Shown: in pieces, positions 26,384 to 37,028 of the stretch
Numbering within the stretch: the first letter of the stretch is position 1
Layout of the letters: the number at the start of each line of letters is the position of its first letter
Origin: an uncultured delta proteobacterium
GTDB lineage: Bacteria; Desulfobacterota; Binatia; DP-6
NCBI GenBank assembly: GCA_963815115.1
Contig: CAWFFN010000009.1
Coordinates: 1,248,001 to 1,312,000, forward strand
Direction of reading: 5' to 3'
DNA: 64,000 nucleotides
Made by a program: the position numbers and the translations under genes
Notes under the pieces: generated by a model
The model's input: the letters and a program-made list of their open reading frames with translations, nothing else
Told to the model about the DNA's origin: nothing
Databases searched by the model: none

Positions 26384-27358
26384 TCAGTGAGGCGCGCGCG
26401 ATCGGTCGAGGCTGGCCGCGCGCGCCTCGACGAACTCGAGGACGCGTGCCTCGAGGCAGACACCGTCGAGGCGGTCGATCTCCTGGACGCCGGTCGGGCT
26501 CGTGACGTTCACCTCCGTCACCAGGCCGCCGATGACGTCGAGACCGACGAACCAGAGTCCGTCGCCGCTCAGCCGCGGTGCCATGCGGCGGCAGATCTCC
26601 CGATCGCGATCGTCGACCGGGGCGCGCACCACGCGGCCCCCGACGTGGATGTTGCCGCGATGCTCGTCCTCGCGCGGCACGCGTAGCACCGCGCCGAGCG
26701 GCTCGCCGTCGAGAACGATGAGCCGCTTGTCGCCCTGGCGCGCCTCCGGCAGATAGCGCTGCGCCATCACGAGCTCGGTCCCGTTGCGGGTCGACATCTC
26801 GAGCAGGGCATTCAGGTTCCGGTCGTCGCGGTTGACGTGCAGCACGCCCGTCCCCCCGCATCCATCCAGCGGCTTCACGATCATCTCGCCGCCCATCGTG
26901 TCGAGGAACGCGCGCAGGCGAGCGAGATCGTGCGTGACCAGGCTCTCCGGGATGACGTCGGGAAAGTTGAGAGCGTAGAGCTTCTCGTTGGCGTCCCGCA
27001 GCCCGCGTGGCGAGTTCACCACCAGCGTCTCGGTCGGGTCGGCGAGCCCGAGCAGGTGGGTGGCGAAGAAGTAGCGCATGTCGAAGGGCGGATCCTTGCG
27101 CATGAAGATCACGTCGAAGAAGGCCAGCGGCACCGTGCGGGCCTCGTGGAGGTGAAAGTGGGTCGTGGCGCGCTCCACCACCAGCCCGCGGACCGCGGCG
27201 CGGGGGGTGGTCCGGTCGACGAACAGATCGTCCGGCTCACAGTGATATTGCGTGTGCCCGCGCCGCTGGCCTTCGAGCTGGAACGCGAAGGTGGTGTCCT
27301 TGTCGACCAGCACGCGGCTCATCGGGTCCATGACGTAGAGGATGCGCAGCCCAGCCAT
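26384..27358 (-). CDS. gshB: Glutathione synthetase
   Basis: VMDP....KDTT, MRKDPPFD, NEKL, KPLDGCGG, GDKR, GLDVIG...EVNVTSPTG. Confidence 0.96.
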   Translation of the reverse strand: MAGLRILYVMDPMSRVLVDKDTTFAFQLEGQRRGHTQYHCEPDDLFVDRTTPRAAVRGLVVERATTHFHLHEARTVPLAFFDVIFMRKDPPFDMRYFFATHLLGLADPTETLVVNSPRGLRDANEKLYALNFPDVIPESLVTHDLARLRAFLDTMGGEMIVKPLDGCGGTGVLHVNRDDRNLNALLEMSTRNGTELVMAQRYLPEARQGDKRLIVLDGEPLGAVLRVPREDEHRGNIHVGGRVVRAPVDDRDREICRRMAPRLSGDGLWFVGLDVIGGLVTEVNVTSPTGVQEIDRLDGVCLEARVLEFVEARAASLDRSRAPH

Positions 27359-27393
27359 CGCGCCGGGATGCTAGCCGAGCCCCGAAGCTTGGT

Positions 27394-27418
27394 CGACCCG
27401 AGACTTCGTCTCGGGTCG
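27394..27418. repeat. REP-like palindrome, copy 2 (CGACCCGAGAC-ttc-GTCTCGGGTCG)
   Basis: Same arms as 3085-3109; lies 3 bp after the rsmE stop. Confidence 0.7.
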
Positions 27419-27421
27419 CTC

Positions 27422-28126
27422 CTACCCGTCGCCCCAGCGGCTCTGGCACAGGGCGGCGATCACGATGGCGGCGGTCTCTGCGCGCAGCCGGCGCGGGCCG
27501 AGGGTGACAGGCACGAAGCCGTGCGCGCGCGCGAGAGCCATCTCGTCCTCCGCCAGGCCCCCCTCCGGGCCGACCACCGCAACCGCGGCGGCGGCGCGCG
27601 CGGGCAGCGCGTCCAGCCGATCGTCGACGTCGCCCTCCCAGGGAACGAGACGCAGCCCGCGCCAGGGCGCGGCGACGAGGGTTGCGAGCGGGACCGGCTC
27701 GTCGATGTCGGGAACGCGCGTGCGTCCGGACTGCTTGGCTGCCGCGACGGCGATTCGCCGCCAGCGCTCGAGGTGCCCGGTGCGGCCGACGGCGTGGCGG
27801 GTCGACACCGGCGCGACCCGCTGCACGCCGAGCTCGGTCGCCTTCTCGACGACCAGATCCATCTTGGTCCCCTTGAGCAGCGCGGGAGCCAGCACGAGCT
27901 CCAGCGACGACTCGCGCGACGGACGCGTGCTGGCGACGACCATCCCGTTCGCCTCGCGCGCGCCGACCCGCTCGAGCACCACGTCGTGCTCCAGGCCGTC
28001 CTCGCCCAGCACGCGCAGGCGAGCGCCGGGGAGAAGGCGCAGCGTGCGGAGGTGGCGGAACTCGGCTCCCGCGATGCGGATGCGGGTCGCGCCGGCGTGT
28101 ACGCCGGGCAGATAGAGGCGCAACAT
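27422..28126 (-). CDS. rsmE: 16S rRNA m3U1498 methyltransferase
   Basis: K...D.VVEKATELGV, AAKQSGR, VGPEGG, LGPR.LRAETA. Confidence 0.95.
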   Translation of the reverse strand: MLRLYLPGVHAGATRIRIAGAEFRHLRTLRLLPGARLRVLGEDGLEHDVVLERVGAREANGMVVASTRPSRESSLELVLAPALLKGTKMDLVVEKATELGVQRVAPVSTRHAVGRTGHLERWRRIAVAAAKQSGRTRVPDIDEPVPLATLVAAPWRGLRLVPWEGDVDDRLDALPARAAAAVAVVGPEGGLAEDEMALARAHGFVPVTLGPRRLRAETAAIVIAALCQSRWGDG

Positions 28127-29013
28127 CAGCGTTCGAGCCGCAGCGTGCGCCACGCACCGGCGGCGCGCGTCGCGGTGACGCGGAGGGGGAAGGCGGCCGC
28201 CACGGCGTCGGCCTGTGTGTCGAGGAGACCCGAGATGACCAGGCGTCCGCCGGGCGCGACGGCGGCGGCGAGGGCCTCGGCCTCGTCGATCAGGATGTCC
28301 GCGAGCAGGTTCGCCACCACGAGATCGAAGCACGCCCGCACCGCGGCCACGCGGCCGGCGAGGAGCATCGGCCCGGGTGCGCCGTTGCGCCGGAGGTTGG
28401 CGCGCGCCAGAGGCAGGACGCTGGTGTCGCAGTCGAGCGCGACGACGCGCGGCACGCCGAGCCGCGCGAGCGCCGCCGCGAGCACGCCCGAGCCGGTGCC
28501 GACGTCGAGCGCGGATCGCACCGTCCCCGCGGCGAGCGCGGACTCGATCTCCTCGAGGCAGGTGCGCGTGGTCTCGTGCTGCCCCGTGCCGAAGGCCATG
28601 CCCGGCTCGATGACGAGCACCTCGCGCCCGGGAGCGTCCGGCACGTCCCACGGAGGCGCCACCAGGAGCCGTCGTCCGACCGTGACCGGCCGATGATGGC
28701 GGCGGAACGCGGCCTCCCAGTCGAGTGGGGGGAGTGGAGCGGTCTCGACCCGCACGTCGGCCGCAGCCGGCTCGAGCCCTTGCAGGCTGCGAAGCCAGCG
28801 TGACAGCTCCTCCAGGAGCGGCGGCCCCTGCTCCGGCGGCACGTGGGCCTCGAGGCGCGTTCGACCCGGCGGCGGCGCGGCCACCTCCGCAGCGCGCACC
28901 GCGGTCACCAGCGCGGGCACGCCCTCGTCCTCGAGGAAGCTCGCAACCGCGTCGGCGAGATGCTCGGCGACGTCGACTCGCACGACGAGCCATCCCGGGG
29001 GCGTCCGCTCCAC
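28126..29013 (-). CDS. prmA: Ribosomal protein L11 methyltransferase
   Basis: IEPGMAFGTG.HETT, LDVGTGSGVL, DLVVANL, ISGLL. Confidence 0.95.
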   Translation of the reverse strand: MERTPPGWLVVRVDVAEHLADAVASFLEDEGVPALVTAVRAAEVAAPPPGRTRLEAHVPPEQGPPLLEELSRWLRSLQGLEPAAADVRVETAPLPPLDWEAAFRRHHRPVTVGRRLLVAPPWDVPDAPGREVLVIEPGMAFGTGQHETTRTCLEEIESALAAGTVRSALDVGTGSGVLAAALARLGVPRVVALDCDTSVLPLARANLRRNGAPGPMLLAGRVAAVRACFDLVVANLLADILIDEAEALAAAVAPGGRLVISGLLDTQADAVAAAFPLRVTATRAAGAWRTLRLER

Positions 29014-29116
29014 GCGTCGCGAGCATCGGCGCGTGCCCGTGCGCTGTCAACGGTGCGAGCGCGAGCCGGTCCCGGCTCGGTTGACGCCTTCGTGCCGCCC
29101 GCCTAACGCAGGGACC

Positions 29117-29824
29117 ATGGACGTCATCGCGCACCGCGGGGCGAGCGGGACGTGCCCGGAGAACACGCTTCCGGCATTTCGCCGCGCTGCCGAGCTCGGG
29201 GCGCCGATGGTGGAGCTGGACGTCCAGCTCACGCGGGACGGCAAGCCGGTGGTGATCCACGACTGGACGCTCGATCGCACGACGAGCGGGACGGGAGCGG
29301 TGCGGCGGCGCACCCTGGCCGAGATCGCGGCCCTCGACGCCGGCCGCTGGTTCGCCGCCTCGTTTGCCGGGACCCGTGTCCCGACGCTGGACCAGGTCCT
29401 GGGCGCGGTCGAGCTCCGGGTGAACGTCGAGCTGAAATCGCGCGGCATCGATGGACTGGAGCGCACGGTCCTGGAGGTGGTGGAGGGGGCGGGGGCGCTG
29501 CGTCGCGTCGTGTTCTCGTCGTTCGAGCCGGCGAGTCTGCGGCGGCTGCGCGCGCTCTCCGCGGACGCCGAGCTGGGGGTGCTGTGGGCTGGCCGGGGCG
29601 TGGCCAGGGCACTTGCATTGGCGGATAGCGTCGCTGCCACCTCCGTGCATCTGCGCAAGGGCGCGGCGACGCCGGCGGCCATCGCCAGCGCGCGGGCCGC
29701 GGGCTTCGGGGTTCGTGTCTGGACCGTGAACTCAGCAGTGGATTTCGCGCGCCTCGCCGCCGCGGGCGCGGACGCCGTGTTCACCGACTACCCGGAGCGA
29801 TTCTTGCACCCACCCCCGAGGTGA
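29117..29824 (+). CDS. Glycerophosphodiester phosphodiesterase
   Basis: IAHRGAS...PENT, ELDVQLT.DG, HD.TLDRTT, NVELK, WTVN, TDYP. Confidence 0.93.
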   Translation: MDVIAHRGASGTCPENTLPAFRRAAELGAPMVELDVQLTRDGKPVVIHDWTLDRTTSGTGAVRRRTLAEIAALDAGRWFAASFAGTRVPTLDQVLGAVELRVNVELKSRGIDGLERTVLEVVEGAGALRRVVFSSFEPASLRRLRALSADAELGVLWAGRGVARALALADSVAATSVHLRKGAATPAAIASARAAGFGVRVWTVNSAVDFARLAAAGADAVFTDYPERFLHPPPR

Positions 29825-29925
29825 ATCATGGGGCTCTCGCCCTTCACCAGGGCCCTTCCCTTGACTGCTCGGCGCTTTTGCCCGATTAAGTCCCCCTTTC
29901 CTCCGAGGGGGGGTGAGTACCGGAC

Positions 29926-30126
29926 ATGGCAGGGGTTCGAGTCAAAGAGAACGAGCCCATCGACAGCGCCATCCGTCGATTCAAGAAACAGTGCGAGAAA
30001 GCTGGAATCCTCGCAGAGCTCCGCAAGCGCGAGCACTACGAGAAGCCCAGCGTGCGCCGGAAGAAGAAGGCCATGGCGGCTCGCAAGCGCGCCATCCGTC
30101 GCACGGCACGCAACACCATGGCATGA
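29926..30126 (+). CDS. rpsU: 30S ribosomal protein S21
   Basis: [33 protein letters not shown]. Confidence 0.97.
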   Translation: MAGVRVKENEPIDSAIRRFKKQCEKAGILAELRKREHYEKPSVRRKKKAMAARKRAIRRTARNTMA

Positions 30127-30172
30127 GCGCGGGCTGCCGAGGGCCCGAGGAGTTCGAGGGCAGACGTACGCG

Positions 30173-30676
30173 ATGACGGCTCTCGACGGAATCCTGCTGC
30201 TGCTTCTGGTTCTCTTCGGGCTCCGGGGCTTCTGGCGCGGGTTCCTGCGTGAAGCGGTGGGGCTCGCCGGGCTCGTCGCGGTCGCCTACGTGCTGTTCAC
30301 GGGGTGGTCCGACGCGCTCGGCGCCCGCCTCGCCGGCCACGCCGGCATGTCGAGCGAGGCGGCGCGGATGGTGGCGGCCGTGGGGCTCGCCCTCGCGGTG
30401 TTCATCCTCGTCCGCCTCGTGGGCGGGGTCGTGGTGCGCGCGACCGCGGCGCTCTTCCTGCGACCGGTCGACCGCGTCGCCGGGGTCGGGCTCGGTCTGG
30501 TCGAGGGAACCGCGGTGCTCGGGCTCCTCATGGCGGCCATCGTGCGGGTCGCCCCCGCCTCCGACCCGAGCCATCGCATCGAGGCCTCCCGCCTCGCGCA
30601 GCCGATGCTCGAGGTGGCCGGTCGCATCGTCAGCGTGGCGCGTCCTTACGCCACCGCCATGCGGGAAGCGATCTGA
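30173..30676 (+). CDS. cvpA: CvpA family membrane protein
   Basis: LD..LL......G.RGF.RE, DRVAG...G..G; hydrophobic. Confidence 0.8.
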   Translation: MTALDGILLLLLVLFGLRGFWRGFLREAVGLAGLVAVAYVLFTGWSDALGARLAGHAGMSSEAARMVAAVGLALAVFILVRLVGGVVVRATAALFLRPVDRVAGVGLGLVEGTAVLGLLMAAIVRVAPASDPSHRIEASRLAQPMLEVAGRIVSVARPYATAMREAI

Positions 30677-30684
30677 GCCGATCC

Positions 30685-32421
30685 ATGGCTGGCCGCATCA
30701 GCGACATCGCGATCCGGACGATCCGCGAGCGCGCCAGCCTGTCCGAGGTCGTGTCCGACGTGGTCGCCGTGCGACGACGCGGGCGCACCGCCGTCGGCCT
30801 GTGCCCGTTCCACGTCGAGAAGACCCCGTCGTTCACGGTGAGTGAGGAGCGCGGCTTCTACCACTGCTTCGGATGCGGCGAGCACGGGGACGTCTTCACC
30901 TTCGTCATGAAGACCCAGTCGCTCGCCTTTCCCGAGGCGGTACGCGGCGTGGCGGAGCGCTTCGGGCTGCCGGTGCCCGAGGAGGCCGCCGGGCGCGGCC
31001 CCGCGTCCGAGCCGCTGGTTGCGGTGTGCGAGGCGGCGGCCGCGTTCTTCCGCGGCTCGCTGCGCGGTCCGCAGGGTGCGCGCTGCCGCGCCTATCTCTC
31101 CGAGCGCGCCGTCCGGCCCGAGACCGCGGAGCGCTTCGGGCTCGGTTACGCGCCGGGCGGCGGGGATCACCTCGCCCGCCACCTGCGATCGCAGGGGTTG
31201 TCGCTCGACGACGCCGTCGGCGCCGGGCTGGTGATGCGCCGCACGACCGGCGGGCTCGTCGATCGCTTCCGCGACCGTCTCGTGTTTCCGATCACGGATC
31301 CCCGCGCTCGCGTGGTGGCCTTCGGTGGCCGGATCCTGCCCGGGGTCGCGACGACGGGAGACCCCCCGCCCAAGTACCTGAACTCGCCCGAGTCGCCGAT
31401 CTTTCACAAGGGTCGCACCCTCTACGGCCTCGCTCTCGCGCGCGACGCGATCCGCCAGCGCGGTCGGGTCGTGGTCGTGGAAGGCTACCTCGACCTGATC
31501 GCGCTCGCCCAGGCGGGCATCGCCGAAGTCGTGGCGCCGCTCGGGACCGCGCTCACTGCCGACCAGCTACGCGTGCTCCGCCGGTTCACCGAGCGCGTGA
31601 TCGCCTGCTTCGACGGCGACACCGCCGGGCGCCGCGCCGCCGCGCGGAGCTTCCCCGTCTTCATCGAGGCGGGGCTGTGGGGTCGCGGCGTCTTCCTGCC
31701 CGCTGGCGAGGACCCCGACACCTTCGTGCGGTCCGGTGGAGTCGAGGCCGTCGAGCGGCTGCTGGACGGAGCCGAGCCGCTCGTCGAGGCGTGGCTGGGG
31801 GAGGTCGCCGGTCCCGACCGCGACGCCGTTGGCCGCCGCGCGGATGCGGCCCGCGAGGTCGCGCGGTTGCTCAAGCGCCTGCGCGATCCCTACGAGTTCA
31901 ACGTCCTCGCCACGGTCGCTGCCCAGACGCTCGGTGTGCCCGAGGAGCTGCTCCGCCCCGAGGGACTCGCCACGCCCTCGGCACCTGCCGCACCGGCGCG
32001 CGCGCCAGCGCGGGCACCGGGCCCGGAGGAGCTGCTGGTCGAGCTGATGGCCGCCGACGCCGACGTCGCCCGGCGCGTCGAGCAGGCCGACGTGCTCGGT
32101 GCATTCGAGGATCCCACCTGGCGCGCGACGGCCGAGCGCCTCGTCTCCCAGTCGGAGGACGACCGCAGCGCGGTGCTGCAAACGCTGCCGCGCGAGCTGC
32201 GCGACCGGGTGGCGCGGCGCCTGTTCGACGAGGAGGTGGACGAGGAGCGCGAGCGCATGCTCGCCGATTGCATCGCGGCGATCCAGCGGCGCCGGGAGCG
32301 CCGCGCGCGCGGTCGCCTGGTGACGGAGCTGCGCGCGGCCGAGGCGCGCGGTGACGCGCCCGCGGCCGAGGCGGCCCAGCGCCAGCTGCACGAGTACCTG
32401 ACGGAGAAACCCCGCACGTGA
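30685..32421 (+). CDS. dnaG: DNA primase
   Basis: CPFH.EKTPSF..CFGC zinc finger, DRFRDR, KYLNSPE, VEGYLD, FDGD.AG. Confidence 0.97.
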   Translation: MAGRISDIAIRTIRERASLSEVVSDVVAVRRRGRTAVGLCPFHVEKTPSFTVSEERGFYHCFGCGEHGDVFTFVMKTQSLAFPEAVRGVAERFGLPVPEEAAGRGPASEPLVAVCEAAAAFFRGSLRGPQGARCRAYLSERAVRPETAERFGLGYAPGGGDHLARHLRSQGLSLDDAVGAGLVMRRTTGGLVDRFRDRLVFPITDPRARVVAFGGRILPGVATTGDPPPKYLNSPESPIFHKGRTLYGLALARDAIRQRGRVVVVEGYLDLIALAQAGIAEVVAPLGTALTADQLRVLRRFTERVIACFDGDTAGRRAAARSFPVFIEAGLWGRGVFLPAGEDPDTFVRSGGVEAVERLLDGAEPLVEAWLGEVAGPDRDAVGRRADAAREVARLLKRLRDPYEFNVLATVAAQTLGVPEELLRPEGLATPSAPAAPARAPARAPGPEELLVELMAADADVARRVEQADVLGAFEDPTWRATAERLVSQSEDDRSAVLQTLPRELRDRVARRLFDEEVDEERERMLADCIAAIQRRRERRARGRLVTELRAAEARGDAPAAEAAQRQLHEYLTEKPRT

Positions 32422-34025
32422 GGAGCATGACCGTGAGAACGACCACCGCTACCCAGGACGTCCTCGCTGACGAGTCCCTTCGCTTGCCCGCCGACGCCGT
32501 TCCCGACGCCCCGGAGGAGGCCGCCGACCTCCTCGTCCCGCTCGAGGACGCGGACGAACTCGAGGCCGACGCCGCGGACGGTGCCGAGGAGGACGATGCG
32601 CCTCCCGACCTCGTCGAGGAGACCCCGATCGGCGGCGATCCCGTGCGTCTCTACCTTCGTCAGATGGGGCAGGCCACCTTGCTCAGTCGCGAAGGCGAGG
32701 TCGTGATCGCCAAGCGCATCGAAGAAGGCGAGCACGCCGCCGTGCGCGCCGCGCTGATGACGCCGGTCGGGCTGCGCCAGGTTCTCGGCTTCGCCGAGCG
32801 CCTGCGGGCGGGCGAGGTCCGGCTGCGCGAGCTGGTGCGGGACGAACCCGACGAGGACGGTGAGCAGGGCGAGGACGACATGCGCCAGCGCCGCCGCTTC
32901 CTCGCCCAGCTCGCGCGTGTCCGCGGGCTGGTCGCGGAGCGCGAGGCGCTGAGCCGCGGCGCCAAGGTCGGCCGCGCGGCGCGTGCGCGCCGCGCGGCGA
33001 GCCTCGCCCGCGTCGAGGAGCGTCTGGTCGCGACCCTGTTCGGCCTCGGCCTCTGCCGGCGCCAGGTGATGCCGGTGATGGACGAGCTGTCGCGCGCGGC
33101 CCAGCGCCTCGCCCAGCTGAAGGAGTGTGCCCGGCGGCTCGCGCTCGACCGCCCGCGCGGCCGCGAGCGCATCCGCGACGCCGCGGCCGAGCGACGCGCC
33201 GCCGAGCGCGAGTCGCGCGAGCTCGAGCGCGGCATCGGGATGCGGTCGGCGGTCCTGGCGCATGTCGTCGAGGAGATCGACGCGGCGCGCACGCGCGCTC
33301 ACGTCGCCAAGCAGGAGCTCATCGAGGCCAACCTCCGCCTCGTGGTGTCGATCGCGAAGCGCTACCTCCACCGCGGACTTCAGTTCCTCGACCTGATCCA
33401 GGAAGGGAACGTGGGTCTGATGCGGGCCGTCGAGAAGTTCGAGTACCGGCGCGGGTACAAGTTCTCGACCTACGCCACGTGGTGGATCCGTCAGGCGATC
33501 ACCCGCGCGATCGCGGACCAGGCGCGTACCATCCGCATCCCGGTGCACATGGTCGAGACCATCAACAAACTGATGCGGGTGTCGCGCGCGCTGGTGCAGG
33601 AGCTGGGCCGCGAGCCGGCGCCGGAGGAGATCGGCGTGCGCATGGAGCTGTCGGCAGACAAGGTCCGCCGCGTGCTGCGCGTCACCCGCGAGCCGATCTC
33701 GCTGGAGACTCCGGTGGGCGAGGAGGACGACAGCCATCTGGGCGACTTCATCGAGGACGAGCGCGCCGTGGCGCCGATCGACGCCGCGCTGGCGAGCAAC
33801 CTGCGCAGCCAGACCCGCAAGGTCCTGGGCACGCTCACGCCGCGCGAGGAGCAGGTACTGCGCCTGCGCTTCGGCATCGGGGAGACGGCGGATCTGACGC
33901 TGGAGGAGGTCGGGCTGCGCTTCGCCGTCACCCGGGAGCGCATCCGGCAGATCGAAGCGAAGGCCCTGCGCAAGCTCCGTCACCCGACCCGCGCGCGCCA
34001 GCTGCGGAGCTTCTACGAGCAGTGA
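32418..34025 (+). CDS. rpoD: RNA polymerase primary sigma factor
   Basis: [68 protein letters not shown]; follows dnaG. Start could be ATG 32427. Confidence 0.95.
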   Translation: MRSMTVRTTTATQDVLADESLRLPADAVPDAPEEAADLLVPLEDADELEADAADGAEEDDAPPDLVEETPIGGDPVRLYLRQMGQATLLSREGEVVIAKRIEEGEHAAVRAALMTPVGLRQVLGFAERLRAGEVRLRELVRDEPDEDGEQGEDDMRQRRRFLAQLARVRGLVAEREALSRGAKVGRAARARRAASLARVEERLVATLFGLGLCRRQVMPVMDELSRAAQRLAQLKECARRLALDRPRGRERIRDAAAERRAAERESRELERGIGMRSAVLAHVVEEIDAARTRAHVAKQELIEANLRLVVSIAKRYLHRGLQFLDLIQEGNVGLMRAVEKFEYRRGYKFSTYATWWIRQAITRAIADQARTIRIPVHMVETINKLMRVSRALVQELGREPAPEEIGVRMELSADKVRRVLRVTREPISLETPVGEEDDSHLGDFIEDERAVAPIDAALASNLRSQTRKVLGTLTPREEQVLRLRFGIGETADLTLEEVGLRFAVTRERIRQIEAKALRKLRHPTRARQLRSFYEQ

Positions 34026-34075
34026 CCGGTCCCTTGCAGAGTGCGCCGTTCAATGGTCTTGTGCGGACGCCCTCC

Positions 34076-34152
34076 GGGCCCATAGCTCAGGTGGTTAGAG
34101 CTGCCGGCTCATAACCGGCGGGTCGTGTGTTCGAGTCACACTGGGCCCACCA
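34076..34152 (+). tRNA. tRNA with CAT anticodon, most likely tRNA-Ile2 (lysidine)
   Basis: GGGCCCA/TGGGCCC-ACCA, GCCGG-CTCATAA-CCGGC arm; lacks initiator features; sits after rpoD as ileX-type genes often do. Confidence 0.92.
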
Positions 34153-34211
34153 TCGTGGCGGGCCGCAGCGAAAACAACGAGGCAGACCAACCAAGGAGCG
34201 GAGGCGACACC

Positions 34212-34937
34212 TTGCGAGCACAGATCGAGGCCCTCGCCGCACTGCAACGCGTCGACCAGAGCCTGCGGGAGAACACGCAGGCGCTGCAGGCGGGCGAGAG
34301 CCGGGTCGCGGCGCTCGAGCAGGCGGTGCATGCCCACCAAACGGCCGTCGCGGCCATCCAGAGCGAGTTGTCCGGGCTCGGGGTCCGGCAACGGGATCTC
34401 GAAGGACGGCTGACGGCGAGTGAGACCAAGATGAAGGACCGCCGGATGCGGATCACGCGCATCCGCAACGACAAGGAGCTCGGGCTGGCGAAGCGCGAAG
34501 TCGAGCTGCTGAAGGAGGAGGCGAGCGGTCTCGAGATCGAGCTGATCGGGGTCCTCGAGCAGGTCGACGCCGTGACCAAGCGCCTCGAGGCGGCGCAGAC
34601 GGAGCTGGCCTCGCTCACCACCGCGCGTGACACCGAGGCGACGCAGCTGCGTGACACGATCGATCGCCTCGGCGCCGAGATCGAGCGCGACCGGGGCCGG
34701 CGCGGCGAGCTGGTCCAGGCGGTCGACGGTGATCTGAGACGGCGCTACGAGATGATCTTCTCGCGCCGCGGCGGTGTCGCGGTCGTGCCGGTGCGCGGCG
34801 GGACCTGCCAGGGCTGCCACATGCACGTGCCGCCGCAGCTCTACAACCTCATCCAGCGCAACGAGCAGGTGATCCTGTGCCCGAACTGCCAGCGCATGCT
34901 CTTCTGGCAGCCGGAGGGCGAGGAGGCCAACGGGTGA
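34212..34937 (+). CDS. Coiled-coil, C4 zinc-ribbon protein (DUF164/HP0958-like)
   Basis: GGAGG plus TTG start; long coiled coil then CQGCHM.VPPQ...CPNCQR.L. Confidence 0.9.
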   Translation: MRAQIEALAALQRVDQSLRENTQALQAGESRVAALEQAVHAHQTAVAAIQSELSGLGVRQRDLEGRLTASETKMKDRRMRITRIRNDKELGLAKREVELLKEEASGLEIELIGVLEQVDAVTKRLEAAQTELASLTTARDTEATQLRDTIDRLGAEIERDRGRRGELVQAVDGDLRRRYEMIFSRRGGVAVVPVRGGTCQGCHMHVPPQLYNLIQRNEQVILCPNCQRMLFWQPEGEEANG

Positions 34938-34962
34938 GCAACGCCGGCGCGTACGGCGCGCC

Positions 34963-35342
34963 GGAGGAGGTCGAGCAGCCGCTCGCCGACGAGGCGGGAG
35001 GAAAGTCCGGACTCCACAGGGCAGGGTGGCCGCTAACGGCGGCCCCGGGAAACCGGGGGAAAGTGCCACAGAGAGTAGACCGCCCCGGGCCTCGTGCCCG
35101 GAGCAAGGGTGAAAGGGCGAGGTAAGAGCTCGCCAGGTCCGCTCGTGAGGGCGGACGCTCGGTAAACCCCACCCGGAGCAAGACCGCGTAGGAGGGAGCC
35201 CGTCTTCCGGACGGGTACGGGTGGCCCGCCCGCTTCCCTCGGGTCGGTCGCTCGATCCCTCGGGCAACCGGGGGACCAGACGAATGGCTGCTGCTCCCGC
35301 TTCCTGGGCGGGGGGACAGAATCCGGCTTACAGACCTCCTCC
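34963..35342 (+). ncRNA. rnpB: RNase P RNA, class A
   Basis: GAGGAAAGTCCGG, GAAAGTGCCACAGA, GGTAAACCCC and ACAGAATCCGGCTTA; terminal helix GGAGGAGGTC/GACCTCCTCC. Confidence 0.96.
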
Positions 35343-35406
35343 GGCGGGCCGCACGCGCGGTTTCGCCGGCCCTGCCCGACGCGTCCCGGGCCTCGGAAAA
35401 TCTTGC

Positions 35407-35482
35407 TTGACAAGTACGATCCCCGGGGTGTACTCCGGCGCTGCTGTGGGGCTAGGTGGGGTGAGGTGGAGCCTAGTGTGGG
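35407..35482 (+). promoter_or_regulatory. dcw promoter with MraZ-binding repeats
   Basis: TTGACA at 35407; GTGGG/GTGGA repeats at 35446, 35456, 35466 (10-bp period) and 35478. Confidence 0.75.
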
Positions 35483-35507
35483 GCGATGATCCCCTACAGC
35501 CGGTGGA

Positions 35508-35960
35508 ATGTTCCGAGGCCACTTCGAGCATGCGGTCGATGACAAGGGTCGGGTGGCCATCCCGATCCAGTTCCGCGAGGCGCTCTCCGGGCTCCAGGAG
35601 GAGCGCCTCGTGGCCACCAAGTTCCGCATCGGCGCCCATCGCTGCCTCGACGTCTACCCGTTCTCGGCGTGGCGCCGGCTCGAGGGCAGCCTGCTCGCCA
35701 AGAACCGTTTCGATCCGCGTTACGTCCGCTTCCGCAACGTCTACGTCTCGGGCGCGCACGAGCTGGTACTCGACGGGCAGGGCCGGGTGCTGCTCCCGCC
35801 GCTGCTGCGTGACTACGCCGGGATCTCGCGCGGCGTCATGATCACCGGCGATGTCGACAAGTTCCGCATCTGGGACCAGGAGGTCTGGCAGCGGGCATTC
35901 GGTGAGCACGAGGACAAGGTCCTGGACGACGAGGAATTCCTCGCCGGACTCGACCTCTGA
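35508..35960 (+). CDS. mraZ: Transcriptional regulator MraZ
   Basis: MFRG.FEH.VDDKGR..IP and LDGQGR.LLP duplicated motifs. Confidence 0.96.
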   Translation: MFRGHFEHAVDDKGRVAIPIQFREALSGLQEERLVATKFRIGAHRCLDVYPFSAWRRLEGSLLAKNRFDPRYVRFRNVYVSGAHELVLDGQGRVLLPPLLRDYAGISRGVMITGDVDKFRIWDQEVWQRAFGEHEDKVLDDEEFLAGLDL

Positions 35961-36062
35961 AGCAGCAAGCGAGGAAGCCAGCGACCGCCTCGGCGGCGAG
36001 CGAGAAAGGGGTGCGGGGTGACGGCGGGGAGCGCTGCGGCGAGGCGTGGCGACGAACCGCCG

Positions 36063-37028
36063 ATGACGAGCAAGGAGACGGACACCGGGCCGGTGGGCGC
36101 CGCCCATGTGGCGGTGATGGTGGGGCAGGTCGTGCGGGGGCTGCGCCCCCGGCCGGGTGCCCGTCTCGTGGATGCTACCGTCGGTCTCGGCGGGCATGCC
36201 GCGGCGATGCTCGCCGCCGCGCCGGACACCTCGCTGCTCGGGATCGACCGCGACCCCCACGCCCTCGACCTCGCGCGCCAGCGGCTCGCCGGCTTCGGCG
36301 ATCGGGTGCGTCTCCGTGCCGGCTCCTTCGCCGACCTGGCCGCGCCGCTCGCCGCCGAAGGCTGGGACGGAGCCGATGCGCTGCTGCTCGACCTGGGGGT
36401 GAGCTCCCTCCAGCTCGACACCGCCGCGCGCGGCTTCAGCTTCCGCCATACAGGTCCGCTCGACATGCGCATGGATCCGGCGAGCGAGCTGACCGCCGCC
36501 ACGATCGTCAACGCGTGGGACGAAGACGCGCTGGCCAACGCCGTCGCCGAGCTGGGGGAGGAGCCGCGCGCACGCGCCGTGGCGCGCGCCATCGTGCGCG
36601 CCCGGCCCCTCGCGTCCACCGAGGCCCTCGCCGCGGTCGTGGCCGGCGCGGCCGGACGTGGGCGCGGGCGGCTTCATCCCGCCACGCGGACCTTCCAGGC
36701 GCTGCGCATCGTGGTCAACGACGAGCTCGGAGCGCTCGACCGCTTCCTCGCCGACGGCTGGAGGTTCCTCCGGCCCGGCGGGCGCCTCGCCGTCCTCGCC
36801 TACCATTCGCTCGAGGATCGGCGCGTGAAGGAAGCGATGCGGCGCTGGGCGGCCTCCTGCGTGTGTCCGCCGGGACTGCCGCAGTGTGCGTGCGGCTGGA
36901 GCGCCAAGGTGCGGCTGCTGACGACGCGGCCGTTGCGGCCCGAGGACGACGAGGTGGCGCGCAACCCGCGTGCGCGCAGCGCGCGCCTGCGCCTCGCCGA
37001 GCGCCTCGGCGGCGGGGAGGCCAACTGA
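36063..37028 (+). CDS. rsmH: 16S rRNA m4C1402 methyltransferase
   Basis: DATVGLGGH, DLGVSS.QLD...RGFSF, HPATRTFQALRI.VN, YHSLEDR, NPRARSA.LR. Start uncertain (36018 or 36063). Confidence 0.96.
   Translation: MTSKETDTGPVGAAHVAVMVGQVVRGLRPRPGARLVDATVGLGGHAAAMLAAAPDTSLLGIDRDPHALDLARQRLAGFGDRVRLRAGSFADLAAPLAAEGWDGADALLLDLGVSSLQLDTAARGFSFRHTGPLDMRMDPASELTAATIVNAWDEDALANAVAELGEEPRARAVARAIVRARPLASTEALAAVVAGAAGRGRGRLHPATRTFQALRIVVNDELGALDRFLADGWRFLRPGGRLAVLAYHSLEDRRVKEAMRRWAASCVCPPGLPQCACGWSAKVRLLTTRPLRPEDDEVARNPRARSARLRLAERLGGGEAN

Noticed and set aside
34076-34152. Initiator tRNA-Met
   Set aside because: Has a paired G1-C72 and lacks the three consecutive G-C anticodon-stem pairs; Ile2 is favoured, though elongator Met is not fully excluded.
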